Below, piece by piece: positions 1 to 9,702 of a stretch of 32,000 nucleotides of DNA. Numbering within the stretch: position 1 is the stretch's first letter; the number at the start of each line of letters is the position of its first letter. The stretch is from Verrucomicrobiota bacterium (lineage in GTDB: Bacteria > Verrucomicrobiota > Verrucomicrobiia > Opitutales > LL51): positions 840,001-872,000 of the forward strand of contig CP095464.1 of the NCBI GenBank assembly GCA_021294815.2, in the 5' to 3' direction. The position numbers and the translations under genes were made by a program. Below the pieces are notes generated by a model, which worked only from the letters and a program-made list of their open reading frames with translations, was not told where the DNA came from and ran no database searches.

Positions 1-590
1 TCACAACGATGCAGGCTTCGGCGATTTTTGAAGCGGTAGCGCAGGTACAATCCGAAGGGATTCCTGTCGAAGTTGAGGTAATGATTCCATTGATTGGCTT
101 TGTGGGAGAATTAAAACACCAGGCGGCACTCATTCATGAAGCTGCGCAGAAGGTGATGATGGAACAAAAAGCCGATATTCATTACAAAGTCGGTACGATG
201 CTCGAGTTGCCGCGTGCAGCTCTCATTGCGGATCAATTAGCGGAAACAGCACAGTTCTTCAGCTTCGGAACCAATGATTTGACGCAAACGACACTTGGAA
301 TGAGTCGCGATGATTCCGGGACCTTTTTACCCGAGTATATCCGCGATGAGGTGATCCGACGGAATCCGTTTGCATCGATTGATGTCGAAGGAGTTGGACA
401 GCTCATGCAGATTGCAGTCCAAAATGCACACAAAACACGTCCTGATATCAAGCTTGGAATCTGTGGTGAACACGGTGGAGAACCAGATTCTATTAAGTTC
501 TGTCACAGGCTCGGCCTCACTTATGTGAGCTGTGCCCCCAATCGCGTCCCCGTCGCGAAAATCGCTGCCGCACAAGCCGCACTCGAATAG
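1..590 (+). CDS. ppdK: pyruvate, phosphate dikinase, C-terminal part (5' end lies outside the window; reading frame begins at nt 3)
   Basis: The translation carries the PEP-utilising TIM-barrel C-terminus typical of PPDK: [61 protein letters not shown]. The frame is open to the window edge and a terminator hairpin follows the TAG. Confidence 0.9.
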   Translation, partial: TTMQASAIFEAVAQVQSEGIPVEVEVMIPLIGFVGELKHQAALIHEAAQKVMMEQKADIHYKVGTMLELPRAALIADQLAETAQFFSFGTNDLTQTTLGMSRDDSGTFLPEYIRDEVIRRNPFASIDVEGVGQLMQIAVQNAHKTRPDIKLGICGEHGGEPDSIKFCHRLGLTYVSCAPNRVPVAKIAAAQAALE

Positions 591-595
591 TTGTT

Positions 596-621
596 AAAAG
601 GCCCTCAAAGAGGGCTTTTTT
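596..621. terminator. bidirectional rho-independent terminator between convergent ppdK and the NIF3-like gene
   Basis: Stem GCCCTC (601-606), loop AAA, stem GAGGGC (610-615). It is flanked by AAAAG on the 5' side and TTTTTT on the 3' side, so it reads as hairpin plus U-tract on both strands. Confidence 0.75.
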
Positions 622-622
622 A

Positions 623-1375
623 TTATAACGGGCATTCCGAAGGGAGAAAGGAATAGGGAAGGTGAAATTTCTCCGCGATTTCTTTCCCGAGAACATCAAC
701 TCCAAATGTTTCAGTCGCATAGTGGCCACAGAGGTAGACATTGAGCCCTCGTTCACGGGCTATATTGTAGTGGTACTGGCTACACTCGCCGATGATCATC
801 GTGTCGATGCCGTAGTCGTGTGCTTTTAAAATCATATTTCCACTGCCGCCGGAAGAAATTCCCACTTTGCAAATTCTTTCGGGACCGAATTCCATCGGAA
901 CAACATGTGGAAAATGCTGCGCAAGTTGTGCTTTGAATGCTGTACGTTCCATTGCACGTTCTCCGATTACGCCGACGTTTGTCTCGATAAAAGGAAAAGC
1001 TGGCTGTGTATTGTGGAGTTGTAGCAGCTTAGCGAGCTGCGCGTTATTGCCAATCTCGGGGTGCGCATCTAAGGGAAGATGGCAGGAATAAACCGCGATA
1101 TCGTGCTCGATTAAAAGACAATATTTCTGATAAATCGTATCGATAATTGGTGCATGTGATCCCCAGAATAGACCATGATGTACAAAGAGTAAATTGGCAC
1201 CTATAGTAACCGCTTGCTGAATGCTTTCGAGAGAAGCGTCAACAGCTGATGCGATGCGCGTTACGGTACCGCTGTTTTGAAATTGTAGCCCATTGACGGC
1301 TCCATCGTAGTCCTGAATTGTCGCGATCTGTAGGCGTTGATTGCAGTAGTCAACAATCGTCTGAAGTTGTTCCAT
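623..1375 (-). CDS. NIF3-family dinuclear-metal-centre protein (YbgI / GTP cyclohydrolase 1 type 2 homologue)
   Basis: Motifs LLFVHHGLFWG, HLPLDAHPEIGNNAQLA and CGHYATETFG are present. The ORF track extends to 1483, but the ATG at 1375 (MEQLQTIVDYCNQRL...) aligns with the usual family N-terminus and removes the overlap with the divergent ABC-F gene. Confidence 0.85.
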   Translation of the reverse strand: MEQLQTIVDYCNQRLQIATIQDYDGAVNGLQFQNSGTVTRIASAVDASLESIQQAVTIGANLLFVHHGLFWGSHAPIIDTIYQKYCLLIEHDIAVYSCHLPLDAHPEIGNNAQLAKLLQLHNTQPAFPFIETNVGVIGERAMERTAFKAQLAQHFPHVVPMEFGPERICKVGISSGGSGNMILKAHDYGIDTMIIGECSQYHYNIARERGLNVYLCGHYATETFGVDVLGKEIAEKFHLPYSFLPSECPL

Positions 1376-1465
1376 GGAACATTTTTCTAAAGAATTTTCG
1401 TCACCGTGACAATCCCATTTTACGGCTTGAAATCTACTTAAGAAGGCGCATGCTCCCAAAAGATT

Positions 1466-3280
1466 GTGATTGACGTGCGACATTTAACCTACGCGATTGG
1501 AGGGCGTATCTTGTTAGATGACGTGTCGTTTTGTTTACCGACTTGTCAGACGATCGGCGTTGTCGGTGTCAATGGCTGTGGGAAAAGTACCTTATTTCGG
1601 CTGATTTTAGGCGATATTTCCGCAGAGAAGGGAGAAATTTTAAAGTCGAGTGACGCAAAGATTGTTACGATTCGTCAAGAGATTCGTAATTTTTCAACAA
1701 AACTGTTGGATTTCGTTTTAGAGGCAGATGTTGCATTGATGCAGCTACGTCAACGCGCAGAAATTGAGCATGATGGAACGCGGTTGGCAGAAATTTTTGA
1801 GGCCATCGAGGGGATTGACGGCTATAATGCGGAAGTCCGAGCGGCGACTATTTTATCGGGTTTGGGCTTTTCGAATGATGTTTTAGGAAATCCGCTAAGT
1901 GCATTTTCTGGTGGGTGGCAAATCCGAGCGGCTATTGCGGCGACGCTTTTTGCGCCATCCGATATTTTGCTCTTGGATGAACCGACAAACCATCTGGATT
2001 TTGAAACGACCCTGTGGCTCCGTAGTTATTTAAAGAAAATCAAGCCCGATAAAACGATCCTGATTGTTAGCCATGATCGGATGTTCCTCAATACATTGTG
2101 CGATAAAATTCTGCATCTTCCTTCGGGAACACTTTATAGCGGCAATTACGACACTTTTGTTGTTACGCGGGCGAATCAGCAGGCCGCATTGGAACGGCGC
2201 ATCGAAAAACAAACTGCGGCACGCCAACACCTCCAATCATTTGTCGATCGGTTTCGCTACAAAGCGACGAAAGCCAAACAGGCGCAAAGTCGGCTCAAAA
2301 TGCTCGAGAAGATGGAGCAACTGCCACGCCTCGACCGCGACTATAGCGTCAAGTTTTCCTTTCCTAATCCAACCGTGGCTGTCGATCGGGAATTAATTCG
2401 CATTAAAAATGGTTCTGCAGGGTATGGTGAGCGCGTCGTTTTGAAAAACCTCAATCTGAAAATTGATATGGGGGACCGTATTGCGCTTTTGGGAGCCAAT
2501 GGGAATGGGAAGTCGACGCTCGTCAAGGTACTTGCGGATCGTCTGCCGTTACTCGAGGGGACGATGACGGTTTCGAAAAAGCTCAATCGTGCTTATTTTT
2601 CACAACAGCTTACGGATCAGCTCGATATCGATAAAACGCCCTATGAATTTTTGTCCTCTTTTTGTATCGGGATGAATGAAACCGCTGTTCGTAGCCAACT
2701 AGCACGCTTTGGACTCACACAACAAAAGGCAGATACCCTCATTCGAAACCTTTCCGGAGGCGAAAAGACACGTCTGTTACTGGCGATTACCACACGTCAT
2801 GGCCCTCATGTCTTAATTCTCGATGAACCCACAAACCATCTCGATATCGAAGCTAAAGAGGCGCTCGTCGATGCCTTGAATGCGTATGAAGGCGCTGTTG
2901 TTCTAGTCTCACATGACTTTTTTATCGTAGAGTCAGTTTGTGAACAGCTATGGCTCGTCAAAGACCAGAAGTGTGTGCCGTACGACGGTGATCTTGAACA
3001 CTATGTTCAGGATGTTTTGAATGAAAAACGCCAGACTAAGGGTAGTGCAAAATCCAAAAACACCTCCGGACAAAATAATAAACAACGCCAAAATCTAGAA
3101 AAACAGCTCGTAACACTTGAACAGCAATTACTTGAAAAGCAGCAGCAAAAAATAGAACTGGAACAGCGTTTGAATGAACAGTATTCCGAAGCAACATTTC
3201 AAGAACTTACGAAGCTTTCACAGCATATTGAGCAACTAGAGGCGAGCTGGATTGAGCTTTCCGAACAATCAGAAGCGTAG
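1466..3280 (+). CDS. ABC-F family ATPase (two ABC cassettes plus C-terminal coiled coil; Uup/YheS-like)
   Basis: GTG start. There are two Walker A motifs (GVNGCGKST, GANGNGKST), two signature motifs (FSGGWQIR, LSGGEKTR) and two Walker B motifs (LLLDEPTNHLD, LILDEPTNHLD). No TM domain is present and the tail is Q/E/L-rich. Confidence 0.9.
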   Translation: MIDVRHLTYAIGGRILLDDVSFCLPTCQTIGVVGVNGCGKSTLFRLILGDISAEKGEILKSSDAKIVTIRQEIRNFSTKLLDFVLEADVALMQLRQRAEIEHDGTRLAEIFEAIEGIDGYNAEVRAATILSGLGFSNDVLGNPLSAFSGGWQIRAAIAATLFAPSDILLLDEPTNHLDFETTLWLRSYLKKIKPDKTILIVSHDRMFLNTLCDKILHLPSGTLYSGNYDTFVVTRANQQAALERRIEKQTAARQHLQSFVDRFRYKATKAKQAQSRLKMLEKMEQLPRLDRDYSVKFSFPNPTVAVDRELIRIKNGSAGYGERVVLKNLNLKIDMGDRIALLGANGNGKSTLVKVLADRLPLLEGTMTVSKKLNRAYFSQQLTDQLDIDKTPYEFLSSFCIGMNETAVRSQLARFGLTQQKADTLIRNLSGGEKTRLLLAITTRHGPHVLILDEPTNHLDIEAKEALVDALNAYEGAVVLVSHDFFIVESVCEQLWLVKDQKCVPYDGDLEHYVQDVLNEKRQTKGSAKSKNTSGQNNKQRQNLEKQLVTLEQQLLEKQQQKIELEQRLNEQYSEATFQELTKLSQHIEQLEASWIELSEQSEA

Positions 3281-3311
3281 ATACTGTTGTAAAAGAATTT
3301 AGCTTGAATGT

Positions 3312-5117
3312 TTGAGTGCTTTTACTTCGCTCCGAGCGGTGAAGCGGACACATCACTGTAACGAATTATCGAAAAAGAACGAGGGACAGAATGTTCAGCT
3401 CATCGGTTGGATTGCCTCTATACGCGACCATGGTGGGCTAGTTTTTGTCGACCTACGCGATCGCGAAGGCATTACGCAGATTGTTTTTGATCCCAAGTCA
3501 TTTACGGAGCTCGCATCGCTCAAAGACGAATCGGTGATTGAGGTGACGGGGATCGTTCGTGCGCGTCCCGGCGATACCGTTAATAGCCACATTATGACAG
3601 GTGACATTGAAGTAATTGCCGAGCATCTAACGATTCACAATATCGCAGAGACGCTACCGTTTCCGCTCGATGATGCCAATGCGGATAAGGTCAACGAGGA
3701 CCTACGATTGACCTATCGTTATCTGGATCTTCGTCGGCGGAAAAATTTACGGGCCCTACGTTTACGCCATAATATTGCACGAACGGTCCGGGGGTATCTT
3801 GATCGTCAAGATTTTGTAGAGGTTGAGTTACCCTATCTCTTTAAGACCACACCGGAAGGTGCACGTGAGTTTCTCGTTCCGAGTCGGCAAAACCCGGGTA
3901 GTTTTTATGCCTTAAGCCAATCGCCGCAGCAATATAAACAGATGCTGATGGTTGCGGGGATCGAGCGGTATTATTCGATTGCGCGTTGTTTCCGCGATGA
4001 AGACCTTCGGATGGATCGCCAACAGGAATTTACGCAGATCGATATCGAAATGTCCTTTATTGAGCGTGAAGATATTTATGCTCTGATTGAAGGGATGCTC
4101 AAAGAAGTCTTCCAAGCGACTCGGGGTATGGAGCTAAAAACACCATTTTTGCGGATGCCGTTTCAAGAGGCTATGGATCGTTATGGTTCCGATAAACCGG
4201 ATACACGCTTTGGTTTGGAGCTCGTAGATGTGTCGGATGTTTTTAGAGAATCCGAGTTCAAGGTGTTTAGGAGTTGTCTTGATGGGAAAGGCGTTATCAA
4301 GGCCTTAAACGCCAAAAAGTTAGCGGACATCACCCAAGGGGAACTCAAGCAATTAGAAGATACCGCTAAAATGTTGGGTGCAAAGGGTCTTGCCTATATC
4401 AAGTGCGAGCAAGGGGCTTGGAAATCACCGATTTTAAAATTTCTTTCCGAGGCGGAACAAAAGGCCTTACAAGAGCAGTTAAACATCGAAGAAGGCGATC
4501 TCATCTTTTTCGCAGCAACGGATTGGAGCCATGCATGTACCATTTTAGGGCGTATTCGTCTCGAAGTTTCAAAGCTCTTAGTGCAGCGCGGTCACCTAAC
4601 AATATCAAAAAACCAGTTTAACTTTTTATGGATTATCGATTTCCCGTTAATTACTTTTGATGACGAACAGGGACGCTTTGTAGCGACACACCATCCGTTT
4701 ACGGCACCCGTTGAAGAGGATATTGCAAAGCTAAAAACAGATCCACAACATGTGAAAGCCCAGCACTATGACATTGTTCTCAATGGATTTGAAATTGGTG
4801 GGGGCAGTATCCGGATTCATCAATCCGATATGCAGTCTTTTGTAATGCGCGATCTTTTGAAGCTCGATGAAAAGACGATTCAGGATCGCTTTGGGTATAT
4901 GTTGCAGGCCTTTAAATTTGGTGCGCCACCGCATGGAGGTATTGCAATCGGGCTCGATCGATTAGCTGCGATTCTTTGTGGTGCGGACTCAATTCGCGAT
5001 GTAATCGCATTTCCAAAAACACAAAAGGGACAAGATTTGATGGCCAAGAGTCCGTCTTATGCTTCCGAAAAACAATTACGCGAAGTTCATATCACAACAG
5101 TTGTTCCGCAAAAGTAA
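3312..5117 (+). CDS. aspS: aspartate--tRNA ligase
   Basis: Class IIb features are present: N-terminal OB fold (RTHHCNEL...GWI.S.RDHGGLVFVDLRDREG), FYALSQSPQQYKQ, RCFRDEDLR.DRQ.EFTQID and GGGSIRIH...PPHGG.A.GLDR. The TTG at 3312 is the longest ORF. The GTG at 3339 would give the canonical MKRTHHC N-terminus and may be the real start. Confidence 0.92.
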   Translation: MSAFTSLRAVKRTHHCNELSKKNEGQNVQLIGWIASIRDHGGLVFVDLRDREGITQIVFDPKSFTELASLKDESVIEVTGIVRARPGDTVNSHIMTGDIEVIAEHLTIHNIAETLPFPLDDANADKVNEDLRLTYRYLDLRRRKNLRALRLRHNIARTVRGYLDRQDFVEVELPYLFKTTPEGAREFLVPSRQNPGSFYALSQSPQQYKQMLMVAGIERYYSIARCFRDEDLRMDRQQEFTQIDIEMSFIEREDIYALIEGMLKEVFQATRGMELKTPFLRMPFQEAMDRYGSDKPDTRFGLELVDVSDVFRESEFKVFRSCLDGKGVIKALNAKKLADITQGELKQLEDTAKMLGAKGLAYIKCEQGAWKSPILKFLSEAEQKALQEQLNIEEGDLIFFAATDWSHACTILGRIRLEVSKLLVQRGHLTISKNQFNFLWIIDFPLITFDDEQGRFVATHHPFTAPVEEDIAKLKTDPQHVKAQHYDIVLNGFEIGGGSIRIHQSDMQSFVMRDLLKLDEKTIQDRFGYMLQAFKFGAPPHGGIAIGLDRLAAILCGADSIRDVIAFPKTQKGQDLMAKSPSYASEKQLREVHITTVVPQK

Positions 5118-5118
5118 T

Positions 5119-7446
5119 TTAGAAAGAATCTTGTTCGGGATCGGAGCCTACAAGGCCCTGCTCCCGAAGTGTATCCATAATCCGGGCGGCGCGATTGTAA
5201 CCGATTTTCAGTTTACGTTGCAGGAAAGAAGTAGAGGCTCGATCATTGCTGCGGATAATCTCTAAGGCTTTAGGGATCATTTCGTCGTCCCAGTCGTTGT
5301 CGCTGCCAACACCGTCGTTTTCGATTTGTTCTTGAACGGAAGTCTCAAACTTTGGTCCACCATTTTTCTGGTAGAGAAAGTCGACGATCCCATTAATTTC
5401 TGCGTCCGAGACCAATGCTCCTTGTGCGCGCAGTAATCCCGATGCCCCTGGTGGGGAAAATAACATATCCCCTTGGCCGAGCAGTGTCTCAGCACCGCCT
5501 GTATCGAGAATAGTCCGACTATCGACTTTCGAGGACACTTTAAAAGCGATCCGGCTTGGAAGATTGGCCTTAATGATTCCGGTAATAACATTGACGGAAG
5601 GACGTTGTGTCGCGAGAATGAGGTGAATTCCCGCGGCTCGCGCGAGTTGGGCGAGGCGTGCGATATACGTTTCAATATCCCCAAGGGCAACCATCATGAG
5701 GTCTGCGAGCTCATCGATGATGCAAACAATATAGGGCAATTTCTTGTTTTCAGAACCGTCGGGGTTGGTTGGCGGTAGTTTTGGGAACTTTTCACGATAG
5801 TTCGCGATATTACGTACACCTACTTTGGCGAAAATCTGATAGCGCCACTCCATTTCCGCGATCAGCCATTTGAGGGCACTTGGGACCTTTTTCGGATCCG
5901 TTACGACGGGAACTAACATGTGGGGCAACTGGTTGTAATTTTGCATTTCGACGATTTTGGGGTCAACCATGATAAACCGTAGATCCTCGGGGGAGGCATG
6001 GTAGAGCAGTGATGCGATAATGGCATTAATACAGACGGTTTTTCCTGCACCAGTGGCACCTGCAATGAGTAGGTGCGGCATTTTAGCTAAGTCGTAGATC
6101 ATCGGTTCGCCGGTTACACCGCGTCCAAGGACCATCGGAATTGCGGCTTGGATATCAGCCCAACTTTTGGATTCGAGGATTTCGCGGAGATGAACACTTG
6201 CTGGATTTTGGTTAGGCAATTCAATGCCGACACAGTTTTTACCGGGCACCGGAGCCATGATGCGGACGGAGCGTGCCGCAAGCCCCATCGCGATATTTTT
6301 ATCGAGGCTGACAATTTTTTCGACACGGATTCCGCTTTCAGGCGTAACTTCATAGCGCGTAATTACAGGGCCACGGTGAATTTCTCCCGGCTTAACCGCG
6401 ATGCCAAATTGCGATAACACTTCGATGAGGCGCTGCATAATTTGGCCACAATTTTCCGTGCTACTGCTCGTTTTCGGTGAAGCTTCCAAGAGATCAATTG
6501 GTGGGAAAAAGTAGTTAGTATCACGTTTTTTAAGCGGTGCACCTGTTTTATCGATAGGCTTTTCTTCGAAAATCTGGAGATTTGTTTTTTGTGGAAAATT
6601 CTTTTCTGAGGTTGGAATAAGTGGCTCATCTATGGCTACTGGGACCTCTGGCACTAACGGTATTTCTTCCGGCTCATTAATGGGCTGGAGGGGCGTTGGA
6701 AGGAGTTCAGAAGACGCTTCCTCTGTTCGTTTTTGTTTTTTCAAAAGTTTGTTGATCGGAAGCCCGCGGATACTTCGGATTACAAAGGAACACAAATTTT
6801 TCAGGAGTTCAGCGATTTTGCGCAAAAGAGGATGTTGGAATAATAGCGCAAAATAGAGACCCAATAAGAAAATCAAGGTCCCGAGGAGAAGCAGAAGTGT
6901 GCCAATTTTTCCTATAACGGGGAGACAAAAACGTTCAACGACGATGGTTCCTAAAATTCCGCCGGAACCCGCGGAGAGACGTAGCGTCGAGATTGGAAGT
7001 GGCCGATAATGCTGTATCCAAGCGGATAGAAGCATGGATAGAAAAACAACGCCACTTACGAGAAAAACGTGCCAGGTCGGACATCGCGTAGGTCGGATGC
7101 AGGAAATTGCTAAAACTAGAGGAATCAGTGGCAATAGGTAGCTCGATAATCCCACGAAACGCAGAGACCAAAACGCGAGCGATGAGCCGAGGGTACCCGC
7201 TAAATTGCCATTTGCATCGCAATGCGTAGTAATATAGTGCGATTGTTGCGGGGTGTAGTCGAAGATCGCGAGTGTGATAAATGTGGCGGCGAGTGCAAAA
7301 ATAAGCGCAAAAAATATTCTTTTCGGAAGCGATAATGCCGCAAACATAGCGACGACGATAGCCAGTATGCGCGCTAGGTACAACAATTTTTGCGCATCGG
7401 CGAATTTTTCTTGCACGGCTTCAGGGGATCGTTTAGCTGCGGCCAA
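5119..7446 (-). CDS. ftsK: DNA translocase FtsK/SpoIIIE
   Basis: Architecture is N-terminal multi-TM region, Pro/Glu-rich linker, motor domain (PHLLIAGATGAGKTVCIN, CIIDELADLMM, HLILATQRPSV) and C-terminal winged-helix gamma domain (STSFLQRKLKIGYNRAARIMD.LE..G). The start is uncertain: TTG at 7446, or in-frame GTG at 7416. Confidence 0.92.
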   Translation of the reverse strand: MAAAKRSPEAVQEKFADAQKLLYLARILAIVVAMFAALSLPKRIFFALIFALAATFITLAIFDYTPQQSHYITTHCDANGNLAGTLGSSLAFWSLRFVGLSSYLLPLIPLVLAISCIRPTRCPTWHVFLVSGVVFLSMLLSAWIQHYRPLPISTLRLSAGSGGILGTIVVERFCLPVIGKIGTLLLLLGTLIFLLGLYFALLFQHPLLRKIAELLKNLCSFVIRSIRGLPINKLLKKQKRTEEASSELLPTPLQPINEPEEIPLVPEVPVAIDEPLIPTSEKNFPQKTNLQIFEEKPIDKTGAPLKKRDTNYFFPPIDLLEASPKTSSSTENCGQIMQRLIEVLSQFGIAVKPGEIHRGPVITRYEVTPESGIRVEKIVSLDKNIAMGLAARSVRIMAPVPGKNCVGIELPNQNPASVHLREILESKSWADIQAAIPMVLGRGVTGEPMIYDLAKMPHLLIAGATGAGKTVCINAIIASLLYHASPEDLRFIMVDPKIVEMQNYNQLPHMLVPVVTDPKKVPSALKWLIAEMEWRYQIFAKVGVRNIANYREKFPKLPPTNPDGSENKKLPYIVCIIDELADLMMVALGDIETYIARLAQLARAAGIHLILATQRPSVNVITGIIKANLPSRIAFKVSSKVDSRTILDTGGAETLLGQGDMLFSPPGASGLLRAQGALVSDAEINGIVDFLYQKNGGPKFETSVQEQIENDGVGSDNDWDDEMIPKALEIIRSNDRASTSFLQRKLKIGYNRAARIMDTLREQGLVGSDPEQDSF

Positions 7447-7447
7447 C

Positions 7448-7524
7448 GGGGGATTAGCTCAGTTGGTTAGAGCGTTTGCATGACACGCAAGAGGTCACTG
7501 GTTCGAGCCCAGTATCTCCCACCA
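7448..7524 (+). tRNA. tRNA-Val (anticodon GAC), CCA encoded
   Basis: A 77-nt cloverleaf folded by hand. Acceptor GGGGGAT/ATCTCCC (one G-U pair), D arm GCTC-AGTTGGTTA-GAGC, anticodon arm TTTGC-ATGACAC-GCAAG (GAC at positions 34-36), variable loop AGGTC, T arm ACTGG-TTCGAGC-CCAGT, discriminator A plus CCA. Confidence 0.9.
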
Positions 7525-7542
7525 CTAAGCCAGGATAGGCGT

Positions 7543-9702
7543 TTAGCTGTGGTAGTTGAGGGCTGGGAGCCTGTCGAAAAATGGAACGCCACCCTCTAAG
7601 ATGTTTTTGAGCGAGTTTGATTTAGGTGTTGTGCCGTCATCGATAAAGATTGTCCGCTGCTGTTGGCGTGTGAGAGCAACATAGAGTAGGCGCTGAGCGT
7701 TGTTGCGGGTCTCGACAGAAAGATTTGGAAACATACGTTCCTGTTGGGCCTTATTGAGCACGACTTGTCCGTGAATAAGATTAGGGAATATGGATGGTGC
7801 CGGATAAGGTTCGCGGTTGATAAAGGGAATAAAAACGACGGGCCACTCCAGCCCTTTGGCTTTGTGAAAGGTGTAAAGTTGGAGCGCGTTTTCGTTAATG
7901 CTCTCGGGCTCATGACTCATTGAGACAAGCTGATGGAGCTGGCATTTAAACTCGAAAAGCGTTGGACATTGGGCCGCAAGCCGGATGACGGTTCGCTCAA
8001 TGTCGCCATGGTAGCACGGCTGGACAGCTAAAATACGACTACGTAATTCTAATTTTTCAAGTAACGTATCGATAATCGCCAGTGGCATATTTTCGTTCAG
8101 TTCCTTGGCAAGATGATGGAGCTGTATGTAGCAAGAATGCACAGGACTAGTAGGATCTGGGGATGGAGTGGTCAGGTAAGAGGCGATCGCATCATCAGAA
8201 CAGCCAAAAATCTCTCGTAAAATGCCTGCCAGTTCAAAGGTGTTTTGTGGATCCCATAAAAACTCAACCAACGCTTCGATCCATGCAAACTCGCGAAATT
8301 CGCGGTATGTTGTTGTCTTCGAATGGATTTGCATTTCTGGCAGACCAGGTCGTGCAAAAGCTTGCTGAAGTTCTTGTAACCAGGTCCGCCGGGGAGCCAA
8401 AATCGCTATTTCACTCCAATGTGTGACGCCAAAATCTTTTGGGGTTTTATTTTGGAAGAGTGTTACGAGTGCCTCTTCATCGGATTGCGTTGTGCGAAGG
8501 CATTGCCACAAGGCATTGGCGTCTTTTTTAATGGCGGTTATGGGCACAAAATCAACTTGTTGCCCGGAGTGTTCGAATAACGGCTGAAAAACCCGGTTCA
8601 CATGAATTGCGATGGCTTCAGAAAAACGCATCGTTACGGAAAACTCGAGCGTTTTCAGCGCATTTTCTTGAGTCAAGCGATGGCAGAGATTTTGGTAAAA
8701 TCTAACGTTGGCACGGGATTCGTAGATCGACTGCTGCGGATCACCAACCATACAAAAGTGTCCAGATTTCGGCTTGCTTAGAGGCGAATCACTTGCAATT
8801 TGTAGCAATAACTGAAATTGTTCTGGATCTGTGTCCTGTGCTTCATCGAGAAGAACGTAGGCTCCCGATCGGCGCGACTGCATCGCAAGTGCTTGTTGGG
8901 CAAAAACAATGAGATCCGAGTATGTGAGTCGGCCATTTTGAAGGCGAAATCGGGAAAATTGCTCCCGAACTGCTTCGTATTGTTGTTGAAAATAGCGCGC
9001 ACAAGACGCCTCAACAGGTTCCATTACAGAGCGATAAAGTTCAACAAAATCCTTTGCCATTGACGACATCGAAGGAAAGGGAAGCGTCGGTTCCTGAATC
9101 CAGCGACGTAGATTATTTTGAAATTCTGCGATCGTTCGGTTGTTTTTAGCAGGAAAATCCAAAAGGAGGTTCCAATTAATTGTTGGAAATGGAATCGGAT
9201 CCGTGGGCGTTAGTGCGGACGACTGGTCTTCGGAATGCATTTGTACGAGGCGCTCGATATCTTCAAGTTCGATAAAGGCGGTATAGGGAGGAAGAATGGA
9301 TATTTCCTGTTTGTCCTGGTATAAAAAATCCTGCCATAGGGAATCCATTTGTGTCTCAATTTGGAAGTCCGAAGGCAGGTCGATAAGGGATCCATATTGG
9401 CGTAAAATGCGATCGGCTAAGGCGTGAATTGTCCCGAAAAAGATTTTTTGTATGGATGTTTCGGGATTATCCCCTTGCGTGAAAAGTCTCGAAAGAGTCC
9501 GATTGTAGAGTTCTTGTGCGGCTTTCTTGGTGTAGGTGACTACGTAGAGTTGGTCAAATGGTATGAAACGTTGCTGGATGATCGCAACAATACGCGCCAC
9601 GATTGCTGTCGTTTTTCCAACACCGGCGGGGGCGATGACAGAAAAATTCGTGTGATGGTCGTGAATAAACTGCTGACGAGCTGCGTCATCGGCAAGCTTC
9701 AT
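7543..9702 (-). CDS. UvrD/Rep (SF1A) family helicase-like protein
   Basis: Walker A APAGVGKTT, motif II LLDEAQDT, motif III VGDPQQSIY, motif V/VI region FHKAKGLEW...LLYVALTRQQQ. No nuclease domain is recognised. The ORF track starts at TTG 9738; the ATG at 9702 (MKLADDAARQQF...) seems more likely. It overlaps the rsmE stop by 17 nt. Confidence 0.8.
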   Translation of the reverse strand: MKLADDAARQQFIHDHHTNFSVIAPAGVGKTTAIVARIVAIIQQRFIPFDQLYVVTYTKKAAQELYNRTLSRLFTQGDNPETSIQKIFFGTIHALADRILRQYGSLIDLPSDFQIETQMDSLWQDFLYQDKQEISILPPYTAFIELEDIERLVQMHSEDQSSALTPTDPIPFPTINWNLLLDFPAKNNRTIAEFQNNLRRWIQEPTLPFPSMSSMAKDFVELYRSVMEPVEASCARYFQQQYEAVREQFSRFRLQNGRLTYSDLIVFAQQALAMQSRRSGAYVLLDEAQDTDPEQFQLLLQIASDSPLSKPKSGHFCMVGDPQQSIYESRANVRFYQNLCHRLTQENALKTLEFSVTMRFSEAIAIHVNRVFQPLFEHSGQQVDFVPITAIKKDANALWQCLRTTQSDEEALVTLFQNKTPKDFGVTHWSEIAILAPRRTWLQELQQAFARPGLPEMQIHSKTTTYREFREFAWIEALVEFLWDPQNTFELAGILREIFGCSDDAIASYLTTPSPDPTSPVHSCYIQLHHLAKELNENMPLAIIDTLLEKLELRSRILAVQPCYHGDIERTVIRLAAQCPTLFEFKCQLHQLVSMSHEPESINENALQLYTFHKAKGLEWPVVFIPFINREPYPAPSIFPNLIHGQVVLNKAQQERMFPNLSVETRNNAQRLLYVALTRQQQRTIFIDDGTTPKSNSLKNILEGGVPFFDRLPALNYHS

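Noticed and set aside
5277-5690. 137-aa minus-strand ORF and 101-aa plus-strand ORF inside ftsK
   Set aside because: They lie in alternative frames of the strongly conserved FtsK motor domain and have no motifs.
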